From an uncultured Acidobacteriaceae bacterium (lineage in GTDB: Bacteria > Acidobacteriota > Terriglobia > Terriglobales > Acidobacteriaceae): 64,000 nucleotides of DNA. The stretch covers positions 49,630 through 113,629 of the forward strand of contig CAVVDY010000003.1 in the NCBI GenBank assembly GCA_963747055.1. The letters are read 5' to 3'. Numbering within the stretch: position 1 is the stretch's first letter; each line of letters opens with the position of its first letter. The notes beneath the pieces are model-generated. The model worked only from the letters and a program-made list of their open reading frames with translations. It did not search any database and had not been told where the DNA came from. Made by a program: the position numbers and the translations under genes. Shown here one piece after another: positions 11,268-21,865 of this stretch.

Positions 11268-12290
11268 ATGAACTCTGCCCCTTCGCAAGCCGCGCCACTG
11301 ACCCCCGCTGTTGTCTTTGAGAACATACAGGCCTACCAGCGCACCTTCGCGGTGAAGGCCGCTATCGAGCTGGACATCTTCCGCGCCATCGGCGAAGGCC
11401 GCGACGATGTTCCGTCCATCGCACGCCATGCCAAAGCTTCCGAGCGGGGCACCCGCATTCTCTGCGACTTTCTCGTCGTCGCCGGGCTGCTGGAAAAGGT
11501 GGACGGCCGCTACCGGCACACGCCCGCCAGCGCTGCCTTCCTCGATCCCGCTTCGCCGAGTTGCATTGCGTCGGTGGTGCACTTCCTTACGCTGCCGGAC
11601 CTGCACCAGTCCTATGAGCACCTTGCCGACGTCGTGCGCAGTGGTCGAACCGCACTCCCGGGACAAGGTTCGGTCGAACCGGACAACCCAATTTGGGTGG
11701 AGTTTGCCCAGAGCATGGCCCCGATGATGGCTCCCATGGCGGGTCCGCTGGGCAGCATTGTGCTGGAGGGACGCAGCGGAGCGATGCGCGTGCTCGACAT
11801 CGCATGCGGCCACGGGCTCTTCGGCATCGAGCTAGCAAAACAGAACCCGCAGGCGCGCGTTACCGGACTGGATTGGGCCCCGGTGTTGCGCGTCGCCCTG
11901 GAGAACGCGCAGAAAGCCGGCGTACAGGAGCGCTATGACATGCTCTCAGGCAGCGCCTTTGATGTCGATTTCGGAGATCCCTACGATGTGGTGCTGCTCA
12001 CCAACTTCTTGCACCACTTCGATCCCGACACCTGCGTTGGCCTGTTAAGGAAGGTTCGTGCCGCACTCAAGCCGGACGGGTGCGTCGCTACCCTGGAGTT
12101 CGTGCCCAACGAAGACCGGGTATCTCCACCGCTGCCGGCGGCTTTCGCCATGACGATGCTGACTTCGACGGAATCGGGCGACGCTTATCCCTTCAGCGAG
12201 CTTTCCGACATGCATCGCCGCGCCGGTTTCGCGAACGTGACGTCCCATCCGGTGCCGATGAGCCCGCACACCGTGGTAATGGCGCGCTAA
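11268..12290 (+). CDS. Class I SAM-dependent O-methyltransferase (Methyltransf_2 / COMT-like)
   Basis: 340 aa. N-terminal dimerisation/winged-helix domain, SAM motif I VLDIACGHGLFG, and acidic loop TGLD. Confidence 0.85.
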   Translation: MNSAPSQAAPLTPAVVFENIQAYQRTFAVKAAIELDIFRAIGEGRDDVPSIARHAKASERGTRILCDFLVVAGLLEKVDGRYRHTPASAAFLDPASPSCIASVVHFLTLPDLHQSYEHLADVVRSGRTALPGQGSVEPDNPIWVEFAQSMAPMMAPMAGPLGSIVLEGRSGAMRVLDIACGHGLFGIELAKQNPQARVTGLDWAPVLRVALENAQKAGVQERYDMLSGSAFDVDFGDPYDVVLLTNFLHHFDPDTCVGLLRKVRAALKPDGCVATLEFVPNEDRVSPPLPAAFAMTMLTSTESGDAYPFSELSDMHRRAGFANVTSHPVPMSPHTVVMAR

Positions 12291-12494
12291 GGGATAGACG
12301 ACACTCGGGCTGGTAGTTTGCAGGCTACCAGCCCTTCCACAATCCCCCCAAATCTGTAGACAATTCTTTAACTTCGAAGTTACACAACCGTGGAGTCGAA
12401 CTACACACGACACTTGTCTAACCCGTTGTCCATCATTTTTCACTACGGTCTAGCTATCGAGCACTTGATTCGAATGGTGGGCAGAGGAGCAAGT

Positions 12495-12917
12495 ATGAAG
12501 AAGGAAGTAGTTCGCAAAATAGTTGCCCTGATGCTATTTACACTCTCGTTGAGTGGCGCAGTCTGGGCCCAAAGCTTCGACCACAAAGTCCGCGCTGAAG
12601 TTCCTTTCAGCTTCTATGCGGGGAACAAGGTTCTGCCGGCCGGAAGCTATACCTTCGGCTTCAACATAGAGAACCATTACCTGATGATTCTCAACAACCA
12701 GGATGGAGGCGGGGCCCTTCTCATGGGATCTCCGGATACCGCCGGCAAGAATGGGCCCTCGGTACTGGTGTTTCGCACCAACGGTGAAGGTGTCTTTGCG
12801 CTGGAGGGCTTGAAGGCGACCGACTTCGCGCTCAGCTTCCAGGCGCGAAAGACGCTGGCACGTTTCGCCACCAACCACACGATGGATTCGACGACAACGG
12901 TGACCGCCGCTCCGTAA
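12495..12917 (+). CDS. Secreted hypothetical protein
   Basis: ATG 12495 preceded by GAGGAG. Signal peptide MKKEVVRKIVALMLFTLSLSGAVWAQ. No family recognised. Confidence 0.55.
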   Translation: MKKEVVRKIVALMLFTLSLSGAVWAQSFDHKVRAEVPFSFYAGNKVLPAGSYTFGFNIENHYLMILNNQDGGGALLMGSPDTAGKNGPSVLVFRTNGEGVFALEGLKATDFALSFQARKTLARFATNHTMDSTTTVTAAP

Positions 12918-12964
12918 AGACTTCCTCCGAAGCACGTTGATTCCTCTCCTGATTGACGTGGAAA

Positions 12965-12994
12965 GGCCGGGGAGCAATCCCCGGTCTGTTTTGT
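12965..12994 (+). terminator. Rho-independent terminator
   Basis: GGCCGGGGA-GCAA-TCCCCGGTC hairpin followed by TGTTTTGT. Confidence 0.6.
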
Positions 12995-13028
12995 GGAAAC
13001 TGGATGGGCGCCCTGCGATGCTTGGAGA

Positions 13029-13457
13029 CTAACCGTGTTCGACGCGCGCCTTTATGTCGTCATACGCCGTATGGATGAGTCTGCGTAGTGCTGCGGCATT
13101 TATGGCCGTCCCCGGCTTCAGCTTTACATGGCGCATGAACTTGCCACTGCCTTGCAATAAACGGTCCGGATCGGGCAGTGCCGCGCCTTGGAAGAAGCCC
13201 ACATTTATGTGCGAAGTGAATACATTGACGTAGCCGAACGCCGCATCGCCCAAACATGCAGTCGGACAGCCGTCATGCATGAGCTCTCGCACTTCGTCGC
13301 CGCATTTGCGCATCACCTCAAACCACTGACGCGCAATGTCTCCCAATTCGCCGGCGTGCTCTTTCATCCACGCATCGATGGCGGGGTCGCGCTCGACAGC
13401 GCCATTTAGCCGGAACAATTCCGTTCTGATCATCGGTCCATTCTCCAGTTTCGACAT
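13029..13457 (-). CDS. DUF1801 (YdhG-like) domain protein
   Basis: 142 aa. Pattern ...DPAIDAWM...FGYVNVFTSHINVGFFQGAALPDP...MRHVKLKPG... is typical of DUF1801 proteins. Confidence 0.7.
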   Translation of the reverse strand: MSKLENGPMIRTELFRLNGAVERDPAIDAWMKEHAGELGDIARQWFEVMRKCGDEVRELMHDGCPTACLGDAAFGYVNVFTSHINVGFFQGAALPDPDRLLQGSGKFMRHVKLKPGTAINAAALRRLIHTAYDDIKARVEHG

Positions 13458-13482
13458 CTATGGTTGCACAGCTCCACCCGGG

Positions 13483-14022
13483 TTACGATTTCCTGAACAG
13501 CTCTGAGAGCCGACTCGGATCGGCGGAAGGATGCTCGCGCAAGTACATGGTCCACGGCGACTCAATCTCAACCACGCCCTGTTCTGGTGTGGCGTAGTGG
13601 TGATAGCTGCTCCAACGCCAATCCTCGGGCTTGTCCACTAACCCTCTCGTGACTGGATTGCGATGGATGTACTTCAATTTCTCGACTCGCTTCTCAAGAC
13701 TCCGCACATTGAAATCGTAGTAGCGGGTTTGCCAGAAACGTCCTTGATGACCGATGAGCCGTTGCGCGACAGATTGCTTCAGGGCTTGTATAGCAGTGGC
13801 CAGAGTTGAGCGCTCGGGTTCCGTGACCAGCAGGTGCACGTGTTCCGGCATCACCACGTAACCCTTGACAAAGAAGCGGTAGCTGCGACATGTCTGCTCC
13901 AGAGATTCCTCGAAGACAGATCTTGCGAGATGTGTATTGAGGAACGGTTGCCGACGGTAGCAACTGAAGGTGATGAAGTGAAGCTGCTGCGATTGCTGCA
14001 GCCGAATCAGGCCCCATGGCAT
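13483..14022 (-). CDS. REP-associated tyrosine transposase (RAYT, IS200/IS605 Y1 family)
   Basis: 179 aa. HUH motif PEHVHLLV, FWQTRYYDF, catalytic-Tyr region LKYIHRNPV, and WRWSSY tail. Confidence 0.85.
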   Translation of the reverse strand: MPWGLIRLQQSQQLHFITFSCYRRQPFLNTHLARSVFEESLEQTCRSYRFFVKGYVVMPEHVHLLVTEPERSTLATAIQALKQSVAQRLIGHQGRFWQTRYYDFNVRSLEKRVEKLKYIHRNPVTRGLVDKPEDWRWSSYHHYATPEQGVVEIESPWTMYLREHPSADPSRLSELFRKS

Positions 14023-14107
14023 GAACAGAGACTACCGTCCAGTGGACTGTTGATTCTGTGACGGTGAACACGTGACCGTGTTTGCTTGGTCCAGTGGGGG
14101 ACGAAGT

Positions 14108-14215
14108 GGGTGCCCCATTCCGGCTTCAGTTGCCGGGGTGGGGATTTTGACATGTTACTTGGTCGAGCGGAAGAAAAAGACCCACCCCGCCAAACGAAGG
14201 CGGAATGGGGCACCC
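14108..14215. repeat. REP-like inverted doublet next to the RAYT gene
   Basis: Arm 14108-14143 (GGGTGCCCCATTCCGGCTTCAGTTGCCGGGGTGGGG) and arm 14181-14215 (CCCACCCCGCCAAACGAAGGCGGAATGGGGCACCC) are near reverse complements. Each arm also carries its own small hairpin. Confidence 0.65.
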
Positions 14216-14272
14216 GATTGGGTGCTCAACAACTGGAATGCGTAGCGCCCCGCCCCATCGAAGCGAGGAGTC

Positions 14273-15451
14273 CTAGAATCCCGCGATCCCCGTAATATGC
14301 TCCCCGATAATCAGGGTATGGATATCGTGGGTGCCTTCGTAGGTTTTCACCGATTCCAGGTTGGCCATGTGGCGGAAGATGGGGTATTCGTCGGCGATGC
14401 CGTTGCCGCCCAGGATGTCGCGGCCCATGCGCGCGCACTCCAGCGCCATCCAGACATTGTTGCGTTTCAGCATGGAGATGTGCCAGGGCTTAACTTTCCC
14501 GGCATCTTTTAGTCTTCCCACTTGTAGTGCGAGTAGTTGGGCTTTGGTAATTTCGCTGATCATCCATACCAGCTTTTCCTGCACAAGCTGATGCCCGGCG
14601 ATAGGCATGTCATGAAACTGCTTACGGAACTGCGCATATTGCAGCGAGCAGTCATAGCAGGCCATGGCTGCTCCGATGGCTCCCCAGCCAATGCCGTAGC
14701 GCGCCTGGTTAAGGCAGCTCAGCGGAGACCGCAGACCGCCGGAGTTAGGCAGCAGGGTCGACGCGGGCACGCGCACGTCGATCAGCGACAGGCTGGAGGT
14801 GACGGAGGCGCGCAGCGACCACTTGCCGTGCACGTCGGCGGCTTTGAATCCGGGCGTGTCGGTGGGCACGATGAAGCCGCGAATGCGCTCGTCTTCGTCC
14901 TCGACCTTGGCCCAGATGATGGCGATGTCGGCGATGGAGCCGGAGGTGATCCACATCTTCTCGCCGTTCAGGATGTAGCTGTCGCCGTCTTTTTTGGCGC
15001 GGGTGCGCATGGCGCCGGGATTGGAGCCGGCGTCAGGCTCAGTCAGCCCAAAGCAGCCCAGGATTTCGCCCTTAGCCATCTTGGGCAGGTATTTCTGCTT
15101 CTGCTCCTCGTTGCCGAAGGCGTAGATGGGATACATGCACAGTGCCGACTGCACGCTGACGAACGAACGCACGCCGCTGTCGCCGCGCTCCAGCTCCTGC
15201 GTCATCAGGCCGTACTCGACGCCGGACATGCCGGCGCAGCCATAGCCCTGCAGGCTGGCGCCGTAGAAGCCCAGCTCGCCCATGGGGGCGATGAGTTCCT
15301 TGGGAAAGCGGCCTTCGCGGCTGCACTGCTCGATGATGGGGACGAGGTTCTCTTCGATGAACTTGCGGGTATTGTCGCGTACCAGGCGCTCGTCGTCGCA
15401 GAGCAGCGTATCGAACTCGATGAAGTCAACGCCTTTGAATTTGATGGCCAT
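14273..15451 (-). CDS. gcdH: Glutaryl-CoA dehydrogenase (acyl-CoA dehydrogenase family)
   Basis: 392 aa from ATG 15451. GcdH-type sequence (FGLTEPDAGSNPG, WITSGSIADI, YEGTHDIHTLIIG). Confidence 0.9.
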   Translation of the reverse strand: MAIKFKGVDFIEFDTLLCDDERLVRDNTRKFIEENLVPIIEQCSREGRFPKELIAPMGELGFYGASLQGYGCAGMSGVEYGLMTQELERGDSGVRSFVSVQSALCMYPIYAFGNEEQKQKYLPKMAKGEILGCFGLTEPDAGSNPGAMRTRAKKDGDSYILNGEKMWITSGSIADIAIIWAKVEDEDERIRGFIVPTDTPGFKAADVHGKWSLRASVTSSLSLIDVRVPASTLLPNSGGLRSPLSCLNQARYGIGWGAIGAAMACYDCSLQYAQFRKQFHDMPIAGHQLVQEKLVWMISEITKAQLLALQVGRLKDAGKVKPWHISMLKRNNVWMALECARMGRDILGGNGIADEYPIFRHMANLESVKTYEGTHDIHTLIIGEHITGIAGF

Positions 15452-15528
15452 GTCGTGCCTCGGTGCCCTCGCGGAGGGCAAACATACGAAGCTAACAGGC
15501 TGCGAAGGGCAAGGCAAACGTGGCTTTT

Positions 15529-15954
15529 TCAAGCCTCTGCTGGATGGCTGGGCTGGTCTTCCTCAGCAATTCTCTGAAACTCCTGCGACTTGGCGTAGGC
15601 GTCCTGCAGCAAGTGTGAGGCTTCTGGGGTGAGGTGAAGATCTTCCCGCGTCAACAGCCTTTGCAGTGCGGTGCGTAACAGTAGCCCTTGGGTGGCGCAT
15701 TCGTGCCGAACTCTGTCTAGTGTTTCAGCCAGTTGCCGCGCCTCACGCTCGTGCCGGTTTCTTTGCCAGAGCAGCCAGCCGAGCCCCAATCCGAGCAAGA
15801 TAAACAGGGCACGGTACAACAACATGCCCGGATGCACTATTACTTCCTGGAGGAAACTGTTGCCATCCGCCGCGGCATCCATGTTGGTGTCAAGCAGGAA
15901 AGCGCCGATTCCAAAAGCGAGTCCGAAGAAGATCTCTTTGTATTTGTGGAGCAT
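15529..15954 (-). CDS. Hypothetical membrane protein
   Basis: 141 aa with two predicted TM helices (IFFGLAFGIGAFLL, LYRALFILLGLGLGWLLW) followed by a helical cytoplasmic tail. No family recognised. Confidence 0.45.
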   Translation of the reverse strand: MLHKYKEIFFGLAFGIGAFLLDTNMDAAADGNSFLQEVIVHPGMLLYRALFILLGLGLGWLLWQRNRHEREARQLAETLDRVRHECATQGLLLRTALQRLLTREDLHLTPEASHLLQDAYAKSQEFQRIAEEDQPSHPAEA

Positions 15955-16503
15955 GTTGAATCACCCACTCCTGAGCGCTGTTGCTTGGCTCGCATCACGC
16001 GCGCGATTGCCGCGGAGAAGCTAGCTGAAGCCGCTTCTCAACGAAACACATTCCTATTGCCTGGGGCGCCAAGTATCCCGAATACTACCAACATTGAGCC
16101 GACGAAGTCTGTAGTGCGCTTACCCGACCGCTACCCAAAGTAGATGCGAAAACCGGGCATGACGGTCCCATGATGATCGGTCGAAGTGCCTGCGAGGCCG
16201 AGCCAACGCGCGGCTCATGTAGAATGAAAGAGCTTACCCGGCGAGTAGAGAGTGGCGCACCGATCACCCCACCGAACGCAAAAGCGGCGTTCGTCGGGGG
16301 CCCCGGTTTAACGCGCCCGCCTGCAGTCGAAGCCGTCCGGCAATTCCACCAGCAAGACAGGATGGGCTGCCAGACGCGAGCTTGAGACATGTGCATCTCG
16401 CGCTGGCCTGTGCCTTCCTGCCCGGCCTTCTCGTGTTGCCTCCGTCAAGCTGAAGTATGCCCGCAAGTAGCGGGACAAATCTGCAATTCATCAGGAGAAG
16501 TGA

Positions 16504-16683
16504 ATGGCGAAGATCGCAAAGACCGCTGACCGCAAGAAGATCATGGACACCACCAAGAGCACCGACTGCCCCAAGTGCGGCAAGCCGACGCGCATCGTAA
16601 AGCGGGTGAAGGACCGCGAGCGTGACGTTCCGGGCGGGATCTACATTTCGTGCTCGGCGTGCGAGTTTTACGAGAAGCTGTAG
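16504..16683 (+). CDS. Small zinc-ribbon protein (59 aa, below the ORF-track cutoff)
   Basis: My own translation: MAKIAKTADRKKIMDTTKSTDCPKCGKPTRIVKRVKDRERDVPGGIYISCSACEFYEKL. CPKC...CSAC pairs, with AGGAGAAG Shine-Dalgarno 5 nt upstream of the ATG. Confidence 0.55.
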   Translation: MAKIAKTADRKKIMDTTKSTDCPKCGKPTRIVKRVKDRERDVPGGIYISCSACEFYEKL

Positions 16684-16740
16684 TATCGACAACGCGGGAG
16701 GCGGGCATGCAAGCCCGCCTCGTCCGCTGGAGACCCTCAC

Positions 16741-16935
16741 ATGCCCCCGATCGCCGCGTTCTACGATTACACCTACTACATCACGCCGGGCTACGGCATC
16801 GGCTGGGGAACGCTGGCCCTCATCAATGCCGGGCTGGCGCAGGGAAAAGACCGCAGCGGCCTGCTGTGGTTCCTGCTGTCGCTTTTTCTGGGGCCGATCG
16901 CGACGCTGATTATTGTGCTGCTGCCGAGAGGCTAG
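16741..16935 (+). CDS. Small two-TM membrane protein
   Basis: 64 aa. GGAG 9 nt upstream. WGTLALINAGLAQGKDRSGLLWFLLSLFLGPIATLIIVLL resembles a widespread small membrane protein family. Confidence 0.55.
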   Translation: MPPIAAFYDYTYYITPGYGIGWGTLALINAGLAQGKDRSGLLWFLLSLFLGPIATLIIVLLPRG

Positions 16936-17036
16936 GAACATCAGGCCGAAGCCCGGAATCTGGTTTTGACGCCTTGACCGCTGGCCTGAAGGCCGGCACT
17001 ACCGGAGCGGCTGAAGCTATGCCCTTTTTGCCGCCG

Positions 17037-17678
17037 CTACTGCTGCGGCGGGTGGGGCATCACTCCGCCCAGCCCCGGCACATCCATCTTGTGATAGCCG
17101 GCTGGAATCTGGAACAGGCTCGCGTCCTGCGGTCCTTCCTTGATATTGCTCAACTGCCAGATGGTGCCTTCGCTGACCGTCTTGATGGGGAAGTGCAGCG
17201 AGTTGTCGATCCATATTTCGGACACCTTGCCATCCTTGTGGGTGATCTGCCAGTGGTCAGCGCTGCGCCCGTTGACCGTCTCCGTGCCCAGATTCTTGCA
17301 GGTGGTATCCGGCTCGGAGGCGCAGGGATCCTTCGGGTCGTAAGGATGAACGTTTTCGGTGTTCGGCCCCCGGCGCATGGGATTTTCGCCGGCCTTGTGC
17401 TCCATGTACAGGTGCTGCTGCGGCATCAGAATGTCGACCGTCTTGGTGGCGAAGGTGGTAATGATGATCGCTTCGCGCGGGCCACCTCCCGCCATATCCA
17501 TTCGCATCGCTTGCTCGCCAACATACACCTTTCCCGACATATCGCGATTTGCGGGGCCGGCCTGCATCGAGGAAATCTGCATATCGGCGGAAAACGGGGT
17601 CAAATGCGGGGCCTGAGCAAGAAGTGACGACGCCAGTAACAGTAATGTGCCTAGAAGCAGGCCGGTTCTGAGTTTCAA
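17037..17678 (-). CDS. Secreted LolA-like / DUF4412-like protein
   Basis: 213 aa. Signal peptide MKLRTGLLLGTLLLLASSLLAQA and a beta-rich body (GKVYVGEQAMRMDM...TVNGRSADHW...IWIDNSLHFPIK). Confidence 0.6.
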   Translation of the reverse strand: MKLRTGLLLGTLLLLASSLLAQAPHLTPFSADMQISSMQAGPANRDMSGKVYVGEQAMRMDMAGGGPREAIIITTFATKTVDILMPQQHLYMEHKAGENPMRRGPNTENVHPYDPKDPCASEPDTTCKNLGTETVNGRSADHWQITHKDGKVSEIWIDNSLHFPIKTVSEGTIWQLSNIKEGPQDASLFQIPAGYHKMDVPGLGGVMPHPPQQ

Positions 17679-17923
17679 AAGGTGTCTCCCGGGTTGGCGG
17701 CGGGAAGCCGCCGAAAATCAACCTAAGAAGTGTACCCTCTATGGCTTGGTCGCGCCTACCGTGCGAATATCGAACTCAAGGCGGTTTTTTCCGGACAAAT
17801 ACCACCGAAGTCGGGTCCGGCCATACAGCTTTGGGCTCGAGATCGCCACAAAGTGGATAAGGCGCTGGAGTTGGGCTATATTCGCTAGCAGCTTTCAGTG
17901 ACGCATTCGCAGCCGGAGGGCGC

Positions 17924-19591
17924 ATGGGCGCAACAGGAATCTGGAGACGCACGCTCGACAACACGACGAGCAGCGATTCCACCGTCCTGATCGTGGTCGA
18001 AGGTACCGAGCGCCGCACTCTGCTGCTCGATCATTTCCCTTTCACCGTAGGCCGGCGTACCGACCGTGATCTGGTGCTGGCCGATCCGCGCGTTTCCCGC
18101 GAGCACGCCCAGTTGGTGCACGAGCCGGACGGCATTTACCTCGTCGACCAGAACAGCCGCCAGGGAACATACGTCAACAACGAAAAAGTTTCCCGCCACA
18201 AGCTGGAACGCAACGACCGCATCGAGTTCGGAGTGCGGGGCGCGGCTTTCGTCATGTTCAACCCCGACCGCTCGCCCTCCAGCATTGGGCAGCAGGTCCT
18301 GAGCCAGCTCTCCACCTGGAAGCCTGCCGCAGGCGCCGGCTCCGAACTGGAGATGCTGAACGTCTTTCTGGAAACCGCGCGCAAGCTGAACAACGTCGGC
18401 GTGCTGGAGGACGTTCTGCAAACTTTGCTGGAGGCCTCGCTGCGGCTCACCCAGGCCGAGCGCGGATTTGTCTTCCTGCGGGAAGGGCCGGAGGGGGAAC
18501 TCAGGCTGGCCGCCGGGCGCGAGCGCAACGGCGAAGTCATCATGGATGACAGCACCATCTCGCGCTCTGTACTCCGCGAAGCCATGCACAGCGCCTCCGA
18601 CTTCCTGGTCACGGACACCGAGGACACCGGCAAGCTCGCCGGGCGCGACAGCATTGTGGCGCAGAACCTGAAGAGCGTGATCTGCATCCCGCTGCGTAAG
18701 GCCAACATTCAAGAGAGGACGAAGGAAGATACCAAATCCGGCAGCGGGGATGTGCAAGGCGTGCTCTACCTCGATTCGCACTTCCTGTCGGGGAAGCTGT
18801 CATCGGTCAATCATGACATTCTGAAAACCATCGCCAACGGCGCGGCAACCCTGGTGGAGAACGCCGCGCTGGTGCAGGCGGAAGATGCCGCTAAGCGCTA
18901 CCGCCAGGAGCTGTCGATCGCTGCCGATATTCAGCAGCGGCTGATGGCGGTGACCATTCCGGACGTGCCCTTTGCCAGGGTCAACGCCGTCAGTTATGCC
19001 TGCAAAGACATTGGGGGCGACTTTTTCGATCTGGTGTATACGGCGGACGCGCTGTCGCTGATCGTGGCCGACGTGTCCGGCAAGGGAGTAGCCGCAGCCG
19101 TGGTGGCTTCCATCCTGCAAGGCATGCTGTATTCGCAGTTGGCACAAGATGCTTCGCTGCCGGAGATGGTTTCGGCGGTAAACCGCTTCTTGTGTGAAAA
19201 GGTGGGCGGCCAGAAATATGCCACTCTGGTGGTCGCGCGAGTGCGGCCGAACGGTGAAGTGGAACTCATCAACTGTGGCCATGTGCCTCCGCTGATCATC
19301 TCCGATGGCAGGGTGGAGCAGGTCGAAGCCGGCAATCTGCCCGTAGGACTCATCGCCAACGCTGAATTCGCCGCCACTACGCTGAAGCTTGCGCCCGGCG
19401 ATCGCCTGACGGTGGTGACGGACGGCGTGACCGAAGCAGAGGACGCCACCGGCGAATTCTTTGGCAATGACCGGCTGGAAACCTGTTGCGGCGCCGGCTT
19501 TGCCGCCATCGAGCAGGCGGTCACCGACTTCCGCGGCGCCACGCCGTTGAGCGACGATTGCACCATTACGGAGCTGACCTATCGGGGATGA
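17924..19591 (+). CDS. FHA-GAF-PP2C (SpoIIE-type) serine/threonine phosphatase
   Basis: 555 aa. FHA (FTVGRRTDRDLVLADPRVSREHAQL...GTYVNNEKV), a central GAF-like region, and PP2C/SpoIIE motifs GGDFFDL and VADVSGKGVAAA. Confidence 0.85.
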   Translation: MGATGIWRRTLDNTTSSDSTVLIVVEGTERRTLLLDHFPFTVGRRTDRDLVLADPRVSREHAQLVHEPDGIYLVDQNSRQGTYVNNEKVSRHKLERNDRIEFGVRGAAFVMFNPDRSPSSIGQQVLSQLSTWKPAAGAGSELEMLNVFLETARKLNNVGVLEDVLQTLLEASLRLTQAERGFVFLREGPEGELRLAAGRERNGEVIMDDSTISRSVLREAMHSASDFLVTDTEDTGKLAGRDSIVAQNLKSVICIPLRKANIQERTKEDTKSGSGDVQGVLYLDSHFLSGKLSSVNHDILKTIANGAATLVENAALVQAEDAAKRYRQELSIAADIQQRLMAVTIPDVPFARVNAVSYACKDIGGDFFDLVYTADALSLIVADVSGKGVAAAVVASILQGMLYSQLAQDASLPEMVSAVNRFLCEKVGGQKYATLVVARVRPNGEVELINCGHVPPLIISDGRVEQVEAGNLPVGLIANAEFAATTLKLAPGDRLTVVTDGVTEAEDATGEFFGNDRLETCCGAGFAAIEQAVTDFRGATPLSDDCTITELTYRG

Positions 19592-19994
19592 AACTCAGTA
19601 CCCATAAGGTTGCTGAAAAACTACTTGTAACCACGTTCGGAAGGGGCATAGCTTCAGCTGCGCCATTGCAATCCCCTTATTTTTGAAATCGCGAGCCGAC
19701 GCCGGTGGGCGAGCGATCAACGTTCTCGACTTTTTCAGCAGCCTTCCATGCCGGTCAATCCCGGGCATGGCGAATCTTGCTCTTAATCCGTTCTAATCCA
19801 CTTTGGTAATCCACCTGCACAACCTCTACTGTTCGGAATCGCGGGCTGCTCCGCCGGCGCGAGATGGGATGTCGCGTCAGGGGCTGGTGCGAGTACCGCG
19901 CCGTTCGATCTTGCAGGCGCTTCCATAGAGCAGTACGTGGCTAAGCGCCAACGGCGGCCGCCAACCAGCGGCCGCCGTTGCATTCCGGTCCCGC

Positions 19995-21392
<1,398 letters not shown>

Positions 21393-21413
21393 CGCGTTAA
21401 CAGGAGAGGCTTA

Positions 21414-21438
21414 CCACGGAGGCACGGAGAACACGGAG
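21414..21438. repeat. CTCCGTG-type repeat, copy 2 (inverted)
   Basis: CCACGGAGGCACGGAGAACACGGAG matches the reverse complement of copy 3 at 23 of 25 positions. It lies between the rarA start and the GxxExxY stop. Confidence 0.7.
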
Positions 21439-21441
21439 TTT

Positions 21442-21861
21442 TTATAGTACCCGCCGCACGATTCCTTGGCGTAGAACGGGTACATTGAAGTTAATCAGCA
21501 GTCCCACGCGCAACCGGCTCAATCTCAAGTACGTCATCAACTGAGCCACATGTACAGGGAGGAGCTTCTCCACCGCCTTCAACTCAACGACAACCCGATC
21601 AGCGGCAATGAGATCGATCCGGTAGCCACAATCAACAGCCGAACCCTTGTAGGTAATTGGCAGGTCGACTTGTGATTTGTAAGGGATGGCCTGAATCGAA
21701 AATTCATGACAAAGACAAGCGTGGTATGCGGATTCCAGCAAGCCGGGTCCAAGTTCCCGGTGAACATTCATTGCGGCGTTGATGATCTTCCGCGTCAGCT
21801 CGGACTCAACCAGGCTTTGCTCTCCGAGACTTGTAACCCTCGTGTCGTCCAACCCGTTCAT
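21442..21861 (-). CDS. GxxExxY protein (PD-(D/E)XK nuclease-like superfamily)
   Basis: 139 aa. Family-defining GPGLLESAY motif and ...IDLIAADRVVVELKAV... core. Confidence 0.85.
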   Translation of the reverse strand: MNGLDDTRVTSLGEQSLVESELTRKIINAAMNVHRELGPGLLESAYHACLCHEFSIQAIPYKSQVDLPITYKGSAVDCGYRIDLIAADRVVVELKAVEKLLPVHVAQLMTYLRLSRLRVGLLINFNVPVLRQGIVRRVL

Positions 21862-21865
21862 AAGC

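Noticed and set aside
10948-11298. 116-aa ORF (or its 62-aa MMKYLVAITRG... core with one TM helix) upstream of the ADOP gene.
   Set aside because: It has no recognisable family or clear RBS, and the long form overlaps the methyltransferase start. It may be a real small membrane protein, but the evidence is too weak to list it as a feature.
15955-16503. Assigning the gene-free gap to a known ncRNA (RNase P RNA, SRP RNA, tmRNA, 6S RNA, cobalamin riboswitch).
   Set aside because: None of the signature sequences I know for these RNAs (for example GAGGAAAGTCCGGGC of RNase P, or the GGGGCUG...CCACCA ends of tmRNA) is present.
16264-16941. 225-aa minus-strand ORF spanning the region of the two small plus-strand genes.
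   Set aside because: The translation is Arg/Gln/Pro-rich with no motif. The plus-strand small ORFs have Shine-Dalgarno sequences and protein-like composition.
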